A stretch of 64,000 nt of DNA from Patescibacteria group bacterium (lineage in GTDB: Bacteria > Patescibacteriota > Minisyncoccia > Phycocordibacterales > UBA9973): the NCBI GenBank assembly GCA_038063915.1, contig JBBTUE010000005.1, positions 10,547-74,546 on the forward strand, written 5' to 3'. The notes under the pieces were generated by a model. It saw only the letters and a list, made by a program, of their open reading frames with translations, had not been told where the DNA came from and did no database searches. Shown here piece after piece: positions 19,220 to 29,752 of this stretch. The translations under genes were made by a program, and so were the position numbers. Every line of letters begins with the position of its first letter. Position 1 is the stretch's first letter.

Positions 19220-19804
19220 ATGTTAATCGTCGGGCTTGGAAATCCAAATAAAGAACATGAGAGCAATCGCCACAATGCTGGGCGGATTGTTTTGCAGAGT
19301 ATTGCAAAGGCAAACGACTTTTTAGATTGGAAGAATGATATGAAGACCAAGTCTCTGCGCTCTAAAGGTGAAATTGAAAAAGAGAAACTTGATTTTATGT
19401 TGCCTGAAACATTTATGAATAATTCAGGGAATGCCGTGATGCAAATCATAGATGGGCCGAAGAAGTTAAAAAATCTTGTTGTGGTCTATGATGATATAGA
19501 TTTACCAATTGGTACTCTTAAAATTTCTTTTAATCGCTCAAGTGGTGGGCACAATGGGCTCGAATCAGTAATAAAAAAAGTGAAATCTCGCGAGTTCGTT
19601 CGTATTCGTATTGGAGTCTCACCTCACACTCCGACCGGTAAAATTAAAAAGCCAAAAGGAGAAGCTGCAGTTCTCAAATTTCTCCTCGGTAACTTCAAAG
19701 AGGACGAGCTCAAAGAAATAAAAAAGATTTCCAAAAAAGTCGCCGAAATAATTGCGACCATATCTGCCGAAGGTAAGGATAAAGCTATGACGGTATATAA
19801 CTAG
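19220..19804 (+). CDS. pth: Peptidyl-tRNA hydrolase
   Basis: LIVGLGNP, RHNAG, P.TFMNNSG, GGHNGL. Confidence 0.96.
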   Translation: MLIVGLGNPNKEHESNRHNAGRIVLQSIAKANDFLDWKNDMKTKSLRSKGEIEKEKLDFMLPETFMNNSGNAVMQIIDGPKKLKNLVVVYDDIDLPIGTLKISFNRSSGGHNGLESVIKKVKSREFVRIRIGVSPHTPTGKIKKPKGEAAVLKFLLGNFKEDELKEIKKISKKVAEIIATISAEGKDKAMTVYN

Positions 19805-19832
19805 TAGTCCAAGTATCTGTTATAATAAAAAT

Positions 19833-20831
19833 ATGACAAAAATTGGTAAAACATTAGTTTTTATAGTTGTAGTCTTGCTTGTGATAGGTAGTTATTTCTA
19901 TTTTAAAAAAGGTACTGAGGTGACAGACCAACCTAAACCTATAGAAGTCGCGTCTATTGTCGGTTGTTATGTGGCTAAACTTGGTAACGATGTCTATTCA
20001 CTCAAAATAGATTCCGAAGTAAGTGGAGTAGTATCTGGAGCCCTATCCTATAATAACTATCAGAAAGATAGCTCATCTGGTCCTTTTAATGGAACTTTCA
20101 ATAACGATATACTCCTAGCTGATTATTCTTTTTATTCTGAAGGAATGCTTTCTAATTCGCAAGTTGTATTTAAAAAATCTGGGGATAGTTTTATCCAAGG
20201 ATTTGGCTCAGTAGAAGTTGTAAATAATAAAAATATATTTAAAGATGTAACTAGTGTCACATACGACCCTAAATCTACTTTCATAAAATCTCCAAGCTGT
20301 ATTGAACACTTCTCCATAAAGGATGTGCTTGCCTTCAATTACAATTCATTCTTTGTAGCAAGGGAAGGGGATAAAACACTTACTCAAGATTGGAGAGTGA
20401 ACTCAACTTCAAAAGGACTAATCCTAGCAAAAGTAACTGTCCCAATAGGCTATATCCCACAGACCAATTTTATAGGCGCTAATTTTATAATTGGCCGATC
20501 AACTGATCCGGCAATTATAAAAACTTGCACGAATACCATAGGAATAATTAATGAAGAGAATAAAGGAGGAGAAGTAGATAAGGTAATGGTAAATGGCTAT
20601 CCTTTTATAAAGTTTACTACAAGTGATGCAGGTGCTGGTAACTTTTACGAAACAACAAGCTACAGAGGATTACTAGATGGTGACTGCTATGCTCTAGAGT
20701 ACACAATACATTCAACAAATGTGGAAAATTACTCACCAGAACAAGGAATAAAAGCGTTTGATGAATTAAAAATCCAAAATGAACTTGAGAAGATAGTAAA
20801 AAGTTTCAGATTCTTAGTCAGTAGTGATTAA
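19833..20831 (+). CDS. Membrane-anchored extracellular hypothetical protein
   Basis: N-terminal TM anchor; DAGAGNFYE...YR...CY C-terminal motif; paired Cys. Confidence 0.65.
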   Translation: MTKIGKTLVFIVVVLLVIGSYFYFKKGTEVTDQPKPIEVASIVGCYVAKLGNDVYSLKIDSEVSGVVSGALSYNNYQKDSSSGPFNGTFNNDILLADYSFYSEGMLSNSQVVFKKSGDSFIQGFGSVEVVNNKNIFKDVTSVTYDPKSTFIKSPSCIEHFSIKDVLAFNYNSFFVAREGDKTLTQDWRVNSTSKGLILAKVTVPIGYIPQTNFIGANFIIGRSTDPAIIKTCTNTIGIINEENKGGEVDKVMVNGYPFIKFTTSDAGAGNFYETTSYRGLLDGDCYALEYTIHSTNVENYSPEQGIKAFDELKIQNELEKIVKSFRFLVSSD

Positions 20832-20834
20832 TAT

Positions 20835-21173
20835 ATGATCTCTTACGAAGATTTTGAAAAAGTAGATATAAGGCTTGGAAAGATAATTGACGTCCAAGAT
20901 TTTCCTGAAGCCAAGAAGCCTGCATATAAGCTCAAGATAGATCTTGGTCCAGAGATAGGGATCAAGCATTCAAGCGTACAACTGCCAGGTACATATGAGA
21001 GGGAAGAACTAGAAGGAATGCTCGTGGCCTGTGTCGTGAACTTTCCAACAAAACAAATCGGCCCATTTACTTCTGAAGTTCTAACTCTTGGATTCAAGAA
21101 TACTGAAGGCACAGGATATGTGCTTGTCACTCCTTCAAAAGATAGTGTCGAGTTGGGCGACAAACTTTGCTAA
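20835..21173 (+). CDS. csaA: CsaA/Trbp111-type tRNA-binding OB-fold protein
   Basis: DFEKVDIRLGKI, KPAYKL, VVNFP.KQIGPF.SEVLTLG. Confidence 0.88.
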   Translation: MISYEDFEKVDIRLGKIIDVQDFPEAKKPAYKLKIDLGPEIGIKHSSVQLPGTYEREELEGMLVACVVNFPTKQIGPFTSEVLTLGFKNTEGTGYVLVTPSKDSVELGDKLC

Positions 21174-21248
21174 ACGGGCGCTCTTGACTTCAATACTTAT
21201 ATATAGTATTTTTTTAGCAAGTTCGATTCATCACTTAAACCTTTGTGC

Positions 21249-21632
21249 ATGAGAAATATACTAATCGTTGGTTCAGGTCCCGTTATTCTTGGGGTTGCCC
21301 AAACTATCCGTGACCTTAAATCGTTCGGGGAACTTTTTTTCCTTCCCGGAAGTCATGATACAAAAAAGATTGGGACAAATATCAAAATCAAGCATTTTGG
21401 TAGGAGGGACAAGGATGATTGCAAAGAAATTGGAGAAGACTGTATTAAACTAAAAATCGGTATAGTCTTATTTGGGCCAGAGAATGAATCTGATCATTCG
21501 TTGAAGGATTACTTTAAAGACAAGCCGGAGTTTCAAAATATAAAAGTCATTGATCCAATTATACCCAGTTTGACCCCGGTAGATCCTACATGGTACACAG
21601 CCAAGTATATGGATGCAATCCTCTCTCTATAG
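21249..21632 (+). CDS. Stand-alone divergent PurD (GARS) N-terminal-like domain protein
   Basis: MRNILIVGSG, LFFLPG, IVLFGPE, DYF...IKVIDP parallel the PurD N-terminus; no ATP-grasp domain follows. Confidence 0.5.
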   Translation: MRNILIVGSGPVILGVAQTIRDLKSFGELFFLPGSHDTKKIGTNIKIKHFGRRDKDDCKEIGEDCIKLKIGIVLFGPENESDHSLKDYFKDKPEFQNIKVIDPIIPSLTPVDPTWYTAKYMDAILSL

Positions 21633-21659
21633 TTTTGCAGAATCTTAAGATATAAATAA

Positions 21660-21694
21660 AAAAGCGTCAATCGAGAAGTCGATTGACGCTTTTT
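21660..21694. terminator. Bidirectional intrinsic terminator
   Basis: AAAAGCGTCAATCGA-GAAG-TCGATTGACGCTTTT between convergent genes. Confidence 0.8.
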
Positions 21695-21704
21695 CACAAC
21701 TTAC

Positions 21705-22850
21705 CTATTCATCTTTCTTTCCTGCCTGCGCAGGCAGGCCGTCTTCTAGGAAGACGAGAGTCATGCGCTGATCTTTGGGTTCAAAGAGGGTAACTTGGAA
21801 GTCGTAGGTCTTGCCAAGCTCTAGTGTCTTCTTGAGTTTCTCTTCAGAGCCAAAGCTTGAATTGTGGACGAGTCCTGCCACACCTTGCTTGATAGAGACG
21901 AGGGCGCCGTGCTTGTTGAATTTGATGACTACTCCAGAGACGATATCGCCCTTCTTGAGTGTATTTTCAAATTCATGCCATGGGTTTTCTTTGAGTGCCT
22001 TGATTGAAAGAGAAATCTTACCATCCTTTATCTCGATTATTTTTGCTTTGACAGTGTCGCCAACTTTAAACATACTTCGTGGGTCCTCTACTAAGCCCCA
22101 GTCAATCTCAGAGATGTGTACTAGGCCTTCTAACCCTTCTTCAACTTTTAGGAAAATTCCAAAGTCGACAATTCCCGCTACTGTGCACTCCATCTCATCA
22201 CCGACGGCATACTTGCCGATTATTTCTTGCCTCTCTTCTGGGTTATTATCCTTTTCAGAGAATATGAGCTTGCCTTCCTTTGGAAGTGCAGAGATCATAA
22301 CGACATTGATACGCTTGCCGACGAGCATCTTTAAAGCTTTCAATATTTTATCTTTATCAGAATCCTCGACGCGAGGGTAGTGTTCGCTCTTTAGCTGAGA
22401 TGCAGGTAGGAACCCAGCAATACCTTGCCACTCGAGTATAAGTCCACCTTTGTTTGCTTCCTTGATAGTAAGTTCAAGAGGAATCTTTGACTTGATTGCC
22501 TTTTCGGCTTCACTCCAGATCAGGGCTTGCTTTGCTTCCTTGAGCGAGAGCTCAATGTATCCGTCTTCATTGTCAGTCGATACAACTTTTGCCTTGACTA
22601 CATCACCGATATTTACTTTCTTTATAATATCTTTAGCATTTATAAATTCACGTCCATAAATAATACCTGTGCCGAATGGCGCAAGATCAATATAAACTGA
22701 AGATTTCTGGATTGATATCACTGGGCCTTCGACAAGAGCGTCCACAGCCGGAGGCAATTCCGCTTTGTCTAACATTTTGCCGACACTTGAAAGTTCTATC
22801 TTTGCATCTAGCGCAATACTATCTATTACATTTTCGTCACTTTTTTTCAT
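21705..22850 (-). CDS. rpsA: 30S ribosomal protein S1 (four S1 domains)
   Basis: Repeated S1 motifs (NKGGL, GFLPASQL, EGLVHISEIDW, ISLSIKAL); start moved to ATG 22850. Confidence 0.9.
   Translation of the reverse strand: MKKSDENVIDSIALDAKIELSSVGKMLDKAELPPAVDALVEGPVISIQKSSVYIDLAPFGTGIIYGREFINAKDIIKKVNIGDVVKAKVVSTDNEDGYIELSLKEAKQALIWSEAEKAIKSKIPLELTIKEANKGGLILEWQGIAGFLPASQLKSEHYPRVEDSDKDKILKALKMLVGKRINVVMISALPKEGKLIFSEKDNNPEERQEIIGKYAVGDEMECTVAGIVDFGIFLKVEEGLEGLVHISEIDWGLVEDPRSMFKVGDTVKAKIIEIKDGKISLSIKALKENPWHEFENTLKKGDIVSGVVIKFNKHGALVSIKQGVAGLVHNSSFGSEEKLKKTLELGKTYDFQVTLFEPKDQRMTLVFLEDGLPAQAGKKDE
21721..21738. repeat. CCTGCCT-n-AGGCAGG palindrome, copy 1 (18 bp, in rpsA)
   Basis: CCTGCCTGCGCAGGCAGG, perfect palindrome; reads LPAQAG. 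Confidence 0.9.
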
Positions 22851-23046
22851 AATTATATTTTCTGTACTAAAAAAACCGCACAATCTGCGGCGCAGTCCGA
22901 GAATCTTCTTTGTGTTTGGCTTCCAAATCACTCAAAAGGGTTAATCTCAATCTGGGCTTATAACAGACTCAATATACTACACGCATACATATTTTGCAAG
23001 CATATTTTAGCTTTCATTTTAGGTCGAAATTTGCTATAATGTACTC

Positions 23047-23691
23047 ATGATTATCACTTATTTAGGCAAGCAATTCTTCAAAATCCAGCAAGGTGACTTG
23101 GTCATGGCATTCAACCCAATAAGTAAAGATTCCAAGGGAAGTGTCGCTCCATCACGTTTTGGATCTGCAATCGCCCTTTCAACTATCAATCATCCAGACT
23201 ATAATGGTTTTGAAATGGTTACCCACGGTGACACTGTACCGTTTTCTATCAGTGGTCCTGGTGACTACGAGATCAAGGATATTTTCGTAAAGGGTATAAT
23301 GACTGAGACTGAGATAAAAGGAAAGAAATATATTAATACTATTTATTCACTTTCTATTGAAGGCATATCACTTTGTTTCCTTGGTGCAGTATCGGGCAAG
23401 CTAAGCACAGATGTCGTAGGTCAGATAGAATCTCCAGACATACTTTTTGTACCAATTGGTAATGATGATTTACTTTCTCCATCGGAGGCATACAAGCTCG
23501 CCGTCTCACTTGAACCGAAAGTTATTATACCCATGGAGTACCTGCCTACCGGACAGGCAGGTGATGAGAAGATGCTGAAAGCGTTTCTAAAAGAAGGTGG
23601 TCAGGAAAAAGTCACACCTATCGAGAAACTTACAATCAAGGCCAAAGAGCTTGCAGGTCGGGAGGGAGAAATAGTCGTATTATCATTTTAA
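23047..23691 (+). CDS. Degenerate metallo-beta-lactamase-fold protein
   Basis: MIITYLG..FFKI, HPDYN, GPGDYEI, DILFVPIG, LEPKVIIPM. Confidence 0.8.
   Translation: MIITYLGKQFFKIQQGDLVMAFNPISKDSKGSVAPSRFGSAIALSTINHPDYNGFEMVTHGDTVPFSISGPGDYEIKDIFVKGIMTETEIKGKKYINTIYSLSIEGISLCFLGAVSGKLSTDVVGQIESPDILFVPIGNDDLLSPSEAYKLAVSLEPKVIIPMEYLPTGQAGDEKMLKAFLKEGGQEKVTPIEKLTIKAKELAGREGEIVVLSF
23541..23561. repeat. CCTGCCT-n-AGGCAGG palindrome, copy 2 (21 bp, in the MBL-fold gene)
   Basis: CCTGCCTACCGGACAGGCAGG; reads LPTGQAG. Confidence 0.9.
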
Positions 23692-23710
23692 TAAATAATT
23701 ATTTAATATT

Positions 23711-24007
23711 ATGAATTCATATATAAAAAATTTACGTTCCAAGCCCGAAGATGCCCGCAAAAGAGTCATGATCATAACGCTCGCCATATGTATGTCGGTT
23801 GTCGTTTTTGTTTGGGTTAGTAGTCTAGGTAATAAATTCAGCCAGAATGTTGTAGCTAAAGAAGATTCGGTCATAAAGCCGTTTACTCTTTTTGCAGATT
23901 CCATTGGCAGTACATATGACAAGCTTAGTGCTAGCGCAGGAGATGTCCCGTCCATAGAGGAAGCTACAGCGGGTAAGCAAATTAATCTTGTCCCAATAGA
24001 ACGTTAG
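23711..24007 (+). CDS. Hypothetical single-TM protein
   Basis: YIKNLRSKPE..RKR followed by a TM helix; co-oriented with gyrA. Confidence 0.65.
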   Translation: MNSYIKNLRSKPEDARKRVMIITLAICMSVVVFVWVSSLGNKFSQNVVAKEDSVIKPFTLFADSIGSTYDKLSASAGDVPSIEEATAGKQINLVPIER

Positions 24008-24020
24008 TAAATAAATAATT

Positions 24021-26465
24021 ATGGCCAAAGTTGAACCAAAGAAAGAACATATAAATGTCGTCGGAGTAAATATTAGTACAGAGATGAAAGAATCTTTCAT
24101 CGACTATGCTATGTCGGTCATTACTGATCGTGCTCTTCCTGATGTCCGCGATGGATTGAAACCAGTCCACCGACGTATATTATATGCAATGAATGAGATG
24201 GGGCTCACGTACTCCGGCCGTCTTCGAAAGAGTGCGACGGTAGTTGGTGAAGTACTTGGTAAGTACCATCCCCATGGTGACGTAGCGGTTTATGATTCGA
24301 TGGTAGGCATGGCGCAGGATTTCTCATACCGCTATCCGCTTATATTTGGTCAAGGTAACTTTGGTTCTATCGACGGCGACAATCCTGCCGCGATGCGTTA
24401 TACCGAAGCTAAAATGTCTAAAATTTCATCTTTACTTCTTCTTGACCTTGAAAAAGAGACTGTAGACTTCAGACCAAACTACGATCAGACTCGCAAAGAG
24501 CCTGTGGTCTTACCAACAGCAGTTCCGAGTTTACTACTGAATGGCACACTCGGTATTGCAGTCGGTATGGCTACGAATATTCCTCCTCATAATTTAACTG
24601 AGACTATTAACGCGACAATTCATCTAATAGAGAATAAAGATGCTACTACCGAAGATCTGATGGAGTTTATCAAAGGCCCCGACTTCCCGACAGGAGGACT
24701 GGCATATGGTCAATCTGATTTATTACATGCATATTCGACTGGTCGCGGGGGAGTCGTCACTCGCGGGGAAGCAGAGATAATCGAAGCAAAGACTGGCACG
24801 TTCCAGATTATTATTACCTCGATACCTTATCGAGTAAACAAGTCCGTCCTTATCGAGTCGATAGCAGAGCTTATCCAAGAGAAAAAACTCGAAGGTATCA
24901 AAGGTCTTCGCGACGAGTCAGCCAAAGATATTCGCATAGCCATAGATTTGAAATCTGGTGTTTTTCCACAGAAAGTTCTCAACTACATCTACAAGCATAC
25001 CCAACTTGAGCAATCATTCAATTTTAATATTGTAGCTCTGGTTGATGGAGTGCCTCAGACGCTGTCACTAAAGAGTTTGCTAACTTTATTTATAGATCAT
25101 AGAGTTGTCGTTGTTCGTCGTCGGACAGAATACGATTTGCGTCGGGCAAAAGAGCGTGAACATATACTTCTTGGCTTAAAGAAGGCGCTCGATCATATAG
25201 ATCGGGTCATTTCAGTTATTCGTGCTTCGAAAGATACAGCTATTGCAAAATTAAATCTAATGAAGGAATTCAAGTTCTCGGATTTACAAGCAACCGCAAT
25301 ACTAGAAATGAAGCTTGCCAAACTTGCTGGCTTAGAGAGGAAGAACGTCGAGCTTGAATTGAAAGAGAAACAAGAACTTATCAAAGAGCTCGAAGCCCTA
25401 CTTGCGAGTCCTTCCAAAATGAGGAAGGTTATATCTACTGAATTGCTAGATATCCGTGATAAGTATGGAGATGAACGTCGCACTCGCATTATCAAAGGCG
25501 AAGTCCGTGCCATTAACGAAGAAGATCTTATCCCAGAAAAAGAGTCGGTCCTCGTATTTACCAAGGGTGGCTATGTCAAACGTACAGATCCTAGTGAGTA
25601 CAGAGCTCAGAAGCGCGGAGGTGTCGGGGTGATAGATATAGAGACAAAAGAAGAAGACTTCGTCACAATGCTAATATCTGCCAACACTCATAGCGATTTA
25701 CTTTTCTTTACTAATCTTGGAAAAGCATATCAAATCAAAATGTATGATATCCCTGAAGGCAAACGCGCAACTAAGGGCAAATCCATCATGAACTTTATAT
25801 CACTCGAAGCTGACGAGAAGGTCACATCGATACTTCCAATAGGCAAAGAAGCCAAAAAGACTGTCGAGCACCTAATGCTAGTTACCATGATGGGTGTCGT
25901 CAAAAAAGTTTCTGCTGAGAGTTTCAAAGATGTCCGCCGAAGTGGGCTCATCGCTATATCGCTTTCAAAAGGAGATGAGCTCCAAGGTGTACTTCCAATA
26001 TCAAAAGGCGATGACGTTATGCTCGCTACTGCGCTCGGCCAATCAATCCGCTTCAAAGAAGCGGACGTACGTGAAATGGGAAGACAGGCATCTGGAGTTC
26101 GCGCTATAAAGCTTGGCAAAGGAGATCTAGTCATTGGCTTTGATAGAGTGCCAAAAGGAGAAAATACTCTCTCTATCCTAACACTTAGTTCAAACGGTCT
26201 AGGAAAGAAGACGAACATAAAAGAATACAAGACCCAGAAGCGCGGAGGCTCCGGCATAAAGACAGCCAAAGTGAATCCAAAAACTGGCAAGCTCATCGTA
26301 GCTAAAATTGTCGGTGACGAAAATGAAATTATTGCAGTATCACAGAAAGGCCAAGTTATTCGAGTTGATCTGAAATCCATTCCTACTTCAGGTCGTCAGA
26401 CTCAAGGAGTAACCATTATGAAACTCCGTGCAGGCGACTCCATCGCATCTATTACATGTCTGTAA
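24021..26465 (+). CDS. gyrA: DNA gyrase subunit A
   Basis: [29 protein letters not shown], GyrA box QKRGGVG. Confidence 0.98.
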   Translation: MAKVEPKKEHINVVGVNISTEMKESFIDYAMSVITDRALPDVRDGLKPVHRRILYAMNEMGLTYSGRLRKSATVVGEVLGKYHPHGDVAVYDSMVGMAQDFSYRYPLIFGQGNFGSIDGDNPAAMRYTEAKMSKISSLLLLDLEKETVDFRPNYDQTRKEPVVLPTAVPSLLLNGTLGIAVGMATNIPPHNLTETINATIHLIENKDATTEDLMEFIKGPDFPTGGLAYGQSDLLHAYSTGRGGVVTRGEAEIIEAKTGTFQIIITSIPYRVNKSVLIESIAELIQEKKLEGIKGLRDESAKDIRIAIDLKSGVFPQKVLNYIYKHTQLEQSFNFNIVALVDGVPQTLSLKSLLTLFIDHRVVVVRRRTEYDLRRAKEREHILLGLKKALDHIDRVISVIRASKDTAIAKLNLMKEFKFSDLQATAILEMKLAKLAGLERKNVELELKEKQELIKELEALLASPSKMRKVISTELLDIRDKYGDERRTRIIKGEVRAINEEDLIPEKESVLVFTKGGYVKRTDPSEYRAQKRGGVGVIDIETKEEDFVTMLISANTHSDLLFFTNLGKAYQIKMYDIPEGKRATKGKSIMNFISLEADEKVTSILPIGKEAKKTVEHLMLVTMMGVVKKVSAESFKDVRRSGLIAISLSKGDELQGVLPISKGDDVMLATALGQSIRFKEADVREMGRQASGVRAIKLGKGDLVIGFDRVPKGENTLSILTLSSNGLGKKTNIKEYKTQKRGGSGIKTAKVNPKTGKLIVAKIVGDENEIIAVSQKGQVIRVDLKSIPTSGRQTQGVTIMKLRAGDSIASITCL

Positions 26466-26529
26466 GACAAAACTCCATAAAAAGACTTTTTTAAAAGTAT
26501 TTTTTATTGCGTTATGATATAATTGCTAT

Positions 26530-27057
26530 ATGTTTTTAAAGCCTAAATTAAGTGTAGGGCAACTAGAGTTACAAGAAGGCATGCATGTCGCCGATTTTGG
26601 AGCAGGGACAGGGTTCTATGTGAGGGAAGCGAGTGAGCGAGTCGGCAATACTGGCCGAGTTTATGCTATTGAAGTCCAGAGGGATATGGTCAAAAAGCTC
26701 GAGAGTGATCTCAAGGAGTGGGGTATTTCTAATGTTGACTGTATTTGGGGTGATATTGAAAAAAGTGGTGGCACAAAAGTTCCTGAAGAGTCCATGGATG
26801 CAGTTATAATATCAAACGTCTTATTCCAAGCAGAAGACAAGTTTGGGCTCATAGATGAAGCAAAGAGGATATTAAAAAAAGGAGGCAAGGTCCTACTCGT
26901 GGATTGGAAGGATTCATATGGTGGTATAGGCCCATCACCGATGCATGTAGTCAAAGAGGAGGTAGCAAAGGATTTATTTATTAAAAGGGGATTTAAGATG
27001 ATTGAAAATATCTCCACATCACCTCACCACTATGGTATAATTTTCAAATATGAGTAA
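26530..27057 (+). CDS. Class I SAM-dependent methyltransferase
   Basis: VADFGAGTG, RILKKGGKVLLVDW. Confidence 0.88.
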   Translation: MFLKPKLSVGQLELQEGMHVADFGAGTGFYVREASERVGNTGRVYAIEVQRDMVKKLESDLKEWGISNVDCIWGDIEKSGGTKVPEESMDAVIISNVLFQAEDKFGLIDEAKRILKKGGKVLLVDWKDSYGGIGPSPMHVVKEEVAKDLFIKRGFKMIENISTSPHHYGIIFKYE

Positions 27058-28357
27058 TTTCCAGACAATTTTGGTTGCAGTTTTCATGGCTTTTTTTATA
27101 TTTGCAGTTTTGATATTCTCTGGAGTTTTGAAAATAGGTGGCTCATCTAAAACTAATAACGCTCCACAAGGAAAAGTCGTAATATGGGGAACATTTGATA
27201 ATACTCCGGAACTTACAAAAGTATTTGAAGATACAAATAGTAACAATAGAGATTTGTTTATAAGTTATATTAAAAAGTCAGAGGCTACTTATGCAACATC
27301 ACTCATCGAAGCTTTTGCATCTGGTACGGGCCCTGATTTATTCTTCATAACACCCGAGATGATTGGTAAATTCCGTAATTTTACTTACAAGATTCCATAT
27401 ACTAGCTACGCTGAGAAAACTTTCCGTGACGCTTTTATCGACGGGGCGAGTATTTACCTAGACAAGGATGGCGTTATTGGTTTTCCAGTTGTAGTTGACC
27501 CTATGGTGCTATATTACAATCGAGATCTGTTTTCAAACGTTGGTATAGTGAGTCCACCGGTATACTGGAATGAGCTGTTCGATCTGAGCTCCAAGCTTAC
27601 CAAGAAAGAAAACGATGGGACAGTGAAAGAAAGCATGATTGCTCTCGGCCGGTATGACAATATAACTCATGCCAAAGATATATTAGCTACGCTATTGATG
27701 CAAAGTGGCAATCCAATCATTGAAGCCAAAAATGGCGTCTATACTGCAGTTCTAAATCAAAATACAAAAGCTCTACCAATCTCACCCGTAGAGCAGGTGC
27801 TAAACTTCTTTATAGAATTCTCTAACCCATCAAATAGTGCTTATTCGTGGAACAAGTCTTTGCCAAAATCTCTCGATATGTTCACTGGAGGTAAACTCGC
27901 TATGTATCTTGGCCGAGCGAGCGAGCTGTTCACTATCGAATCTATAAACCCAAATCTTAGCTTTGATGTCGCGCAGATATTACAAACCAAAGGTACCAAT
28001 ACTCTGCGCACATATGGTAAAATATATGCTATAGCAGTCAACAAGAAGTCTGCCAATCTCACCACTGCATTTGGTGTAGCTGGCATGATCTCTGGTGGGG
28101 AGTCTGCCCAGAATCTCAGCATCGCTCTCTCACTGCCACCGACAGCCCGCGCACTACTTGCTACCAAGCCTATTGATCCTTATCTCTTCACTTTCTTTAA
28201 CTCTGCTATCATTGCCCGTGCTTGGGCTGATCCGGATCCTGTCGCTAGCGATAACATATTCACCGAATTGATTCAAAATGTCTTATCAAATAAATTATCA
28301 GTCGATGACGCTATCAATAAAGCCCAAGGTCAATTGGAATCCATAATAAAGAAGTAA
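27050..28357 (+). CDS. Membrane-anchored extracellular solute-binding protein (sugar-binding family 1-like)
   Basis: N-terminal TM, GPDLF, LYYNRDLF, PP.YW.E, F..GK.AM. Confidence 0.85.
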   Translation: MSNFQTILVAVFMAFFIFAVLIFSGVLKIGGSSKTNNAPQGKVVIWGTFDNTPELTKVFEDTNSNNRDLFISYIKKSEATYATSLIEAFASGTGPDLFFITPEMIGKFRNFTYKIPYTSYAEKTFRDAFIDGASIYLDKDGVIGFPVVVDPMVLYYNRDLFSNVGIVSPPVYWNELFDLSSKLTKKENDGTVKESMIALGRYDNITHAKDILATLLMQSGNPIIEAKNGVYTAVLNQNTKALPISPVEQVLNFFIEFSNPSNSAYSWNKSLPKSLDMFTGGKLAMYLGRASELFTIESINPNLSFDVAQILQTKGTNTLRTYGKIYAIAVNKKSANLTTAFGVAGMISGGESAQNLSIALSLPPTARALLATKPIDPYLFTFFNSAIIARAWADPDPVASDNIFTELIQNVLSNKLSVDDAINKAQGQLESIIKK

Positions 28358-28359
28358 CC

Positions 28360-28815
28360 ATGAATAAGAAATACATAATACTATCCATAGCATTCATAAT
28401 TATATTTACTCCTTTTGCAATTACTCATGCAGATATAGGTCCGGATTGTAATACTGGCGAACTTGTTGATGGTGGGCCTCTATACAATTCAAAAGGGGAA
28501 CCGGTTATTGTAGATGGTAAACCAGTATTAGAACGTGTATATAAAAATCCTTGTGACTTTGATGCTCTCATGGGGCTCATCAATAGGATTATAAACTTCT
28601 TATTATTCGTCATAGCTACTCCACTTGCAGCAATTATCTTTTGTTATGCTGGGTTCTTACTTCTTACTTCTGGTGGTAGTTCAGAGAGCAAGACAAAGGC
28701 CAAAAAAATAATTAAAAATCTACTCATCGGATATGTCATAGCCTTGGCGGCTTGGTTGATTGTCCATACAATACTGACGACTCTCGGGTATAAGGGAGAA
28801 TCATTCCTGAAATAA
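28360..28815 (+). CDS. VirB2/TrbC-like pilin
   Basis: Signal peptide; YAGFLLLTSGGS.E...KAKKII.N.LIG...AL.AWLIV hairpin. Confidence 0.8.
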   Translation: MNKKYIILSIAFIIIFTPFAITHADIGPDCNTGELVDGGPLYNSKGEPVIVDGKPVLERVYKNPCDFDALMGLINRIINFLLFVIATPLAAIIFCYAGFLLLTSGGSSESKTKAKKIIKNLLIGYVIALAAWLIVHTILTTLGYKGESFLK

Positions 28816-28841
28816 TTATTAATAAATGCTATAATTAAACT

Positions 28842-29363
28842 ATGAAAATCATCAGAAGTAATAAATATAATCTACTTTCAAAGCTCGCAAGTTATGGATT
28901 TATTTTTGTGATTGCATTCACTTTCATTGTACCACTAGCTTTTGCGGTAGATTGTACTGGGGTGGATAAAGATGGCAAAGCTACTCCACCTGGCTGTACT
29001 ATAAAAGGAGGTGACACTGGTCCAAAAGGTGGTGATACGGGTCCAAAAGGAGGAGACACTGGAGTTAAAAATATTAAGATAAACACCGGCATAACAAACC
29101 CACTAGGCGACAAGCTTGATACCATACCGAAATTTATAGAGGCTATTCTTGATTTCGTTCTCCTTATCGGAGTACCTATTGTTACTCTCGCCATCATCTA
29201 CACAGGGTTCCTATTTGTCACAGCTCAAGGCAATTCGGAGAAGCTAAAGAAAGCCAAGCAGACTCTACTATACACTTTAGTGGGGGCAGCTCTATTGCTT
29301 GGGTCGTACGTCATATCAGAGGCAATTGTTGGGACAGTCGCAGATATTAAAAGCACAACATAA
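28842..29363 (+). CDS. VirB2/TrbC-like pilin with KGGDTGP repeats
   Basis: NPL, YTGFLFVTAQGNSEKLKKAKQTLLYTLVG. Confidence 0.82.
   Translation: MKIIRSNKYNLLSKLASYGFIFVIAFTFIVPLAFAVDCTGVDKDGKATPPGCTIKGGDTGPKGGDTGPKGGDTGVKNIKINTGITNPLGDKLDTIPKFIEAILDFVLLIGVPIVTLAIIYTGFLFVTAQGNSEKLKKAKQTLLYTLVGAALLLGSYVISEAIVGTVADIKSTT
29004..29066 (+). repeat. Coding tandem repeat, 3 x 21 bp (KGGDTGP, KGGDTGP, KGGDTGV)
   Basis: AAAGGAGGTGACACTGGTCCA / AAAGGTGGTGATACGGGTCCA / AAAGGAGGAGACACTGGAGTT. Confidence 0.85.
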
Positions 29364-29371
29364 TAATATAT

Positions 29372-29752
29372 ATGAAGAATAAAATTATCACATTTGGTGT
29401 CGTATCGGGGTTGCTTCCACTTACTGTTTTTGCAAAATTAGAAGATACCGTGGATTCATGTAAAGATATTGGTGCACCCTTCAAAGATATAGGCCAGCTC
29501 TTTAATTGGGCGGGCTGTACTATTATCAAATCTGTCGTACCCCTACTATTTTCTCTCGCAGTTGCTGGATTTATCTGGGGTATTATCCAGTACTATCTAA
29601 ACCCTGATAATGAAGAGAAGCGTAAAAAGGGCAAGACCTACATAATCTGGGGACTTGTGGCTTTATTTGTAATGATTTCTATGTGGGGTCTCGTCGGGGT
29701 ACTGACCAACACTTTCGGTATCAAGACCCTTATTCCACAGCTTTCCCAATAG
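29372..29752 (+). CDS. VirB2-like pilin
   Basis: FIWGIIQY...NEEKRKKGK..IIWGLVALFVM.S.WGLV. Confidence 0.8.
   Translation: MKNKIITFGVVSGLLPLTVFAKLEDTVDSCKDIGAPFKDIGQLFNWAGCTIIKSVVPLLFSLAVAGFIWGIIQYYLNPDNEEKRKKGKTYIIWGLVALFVMISMWGLVGVLTNTFGIKTLIPQLSQ

Noticed and set aside
25193-26380. Long antisense ORFs inside gyrA (similar ones in rpsA, ftsZ, rpoA, copA)
   Set aside because: Shadow ORFs on the opposite strand of well-conserved genes, with no recognisable motifs.
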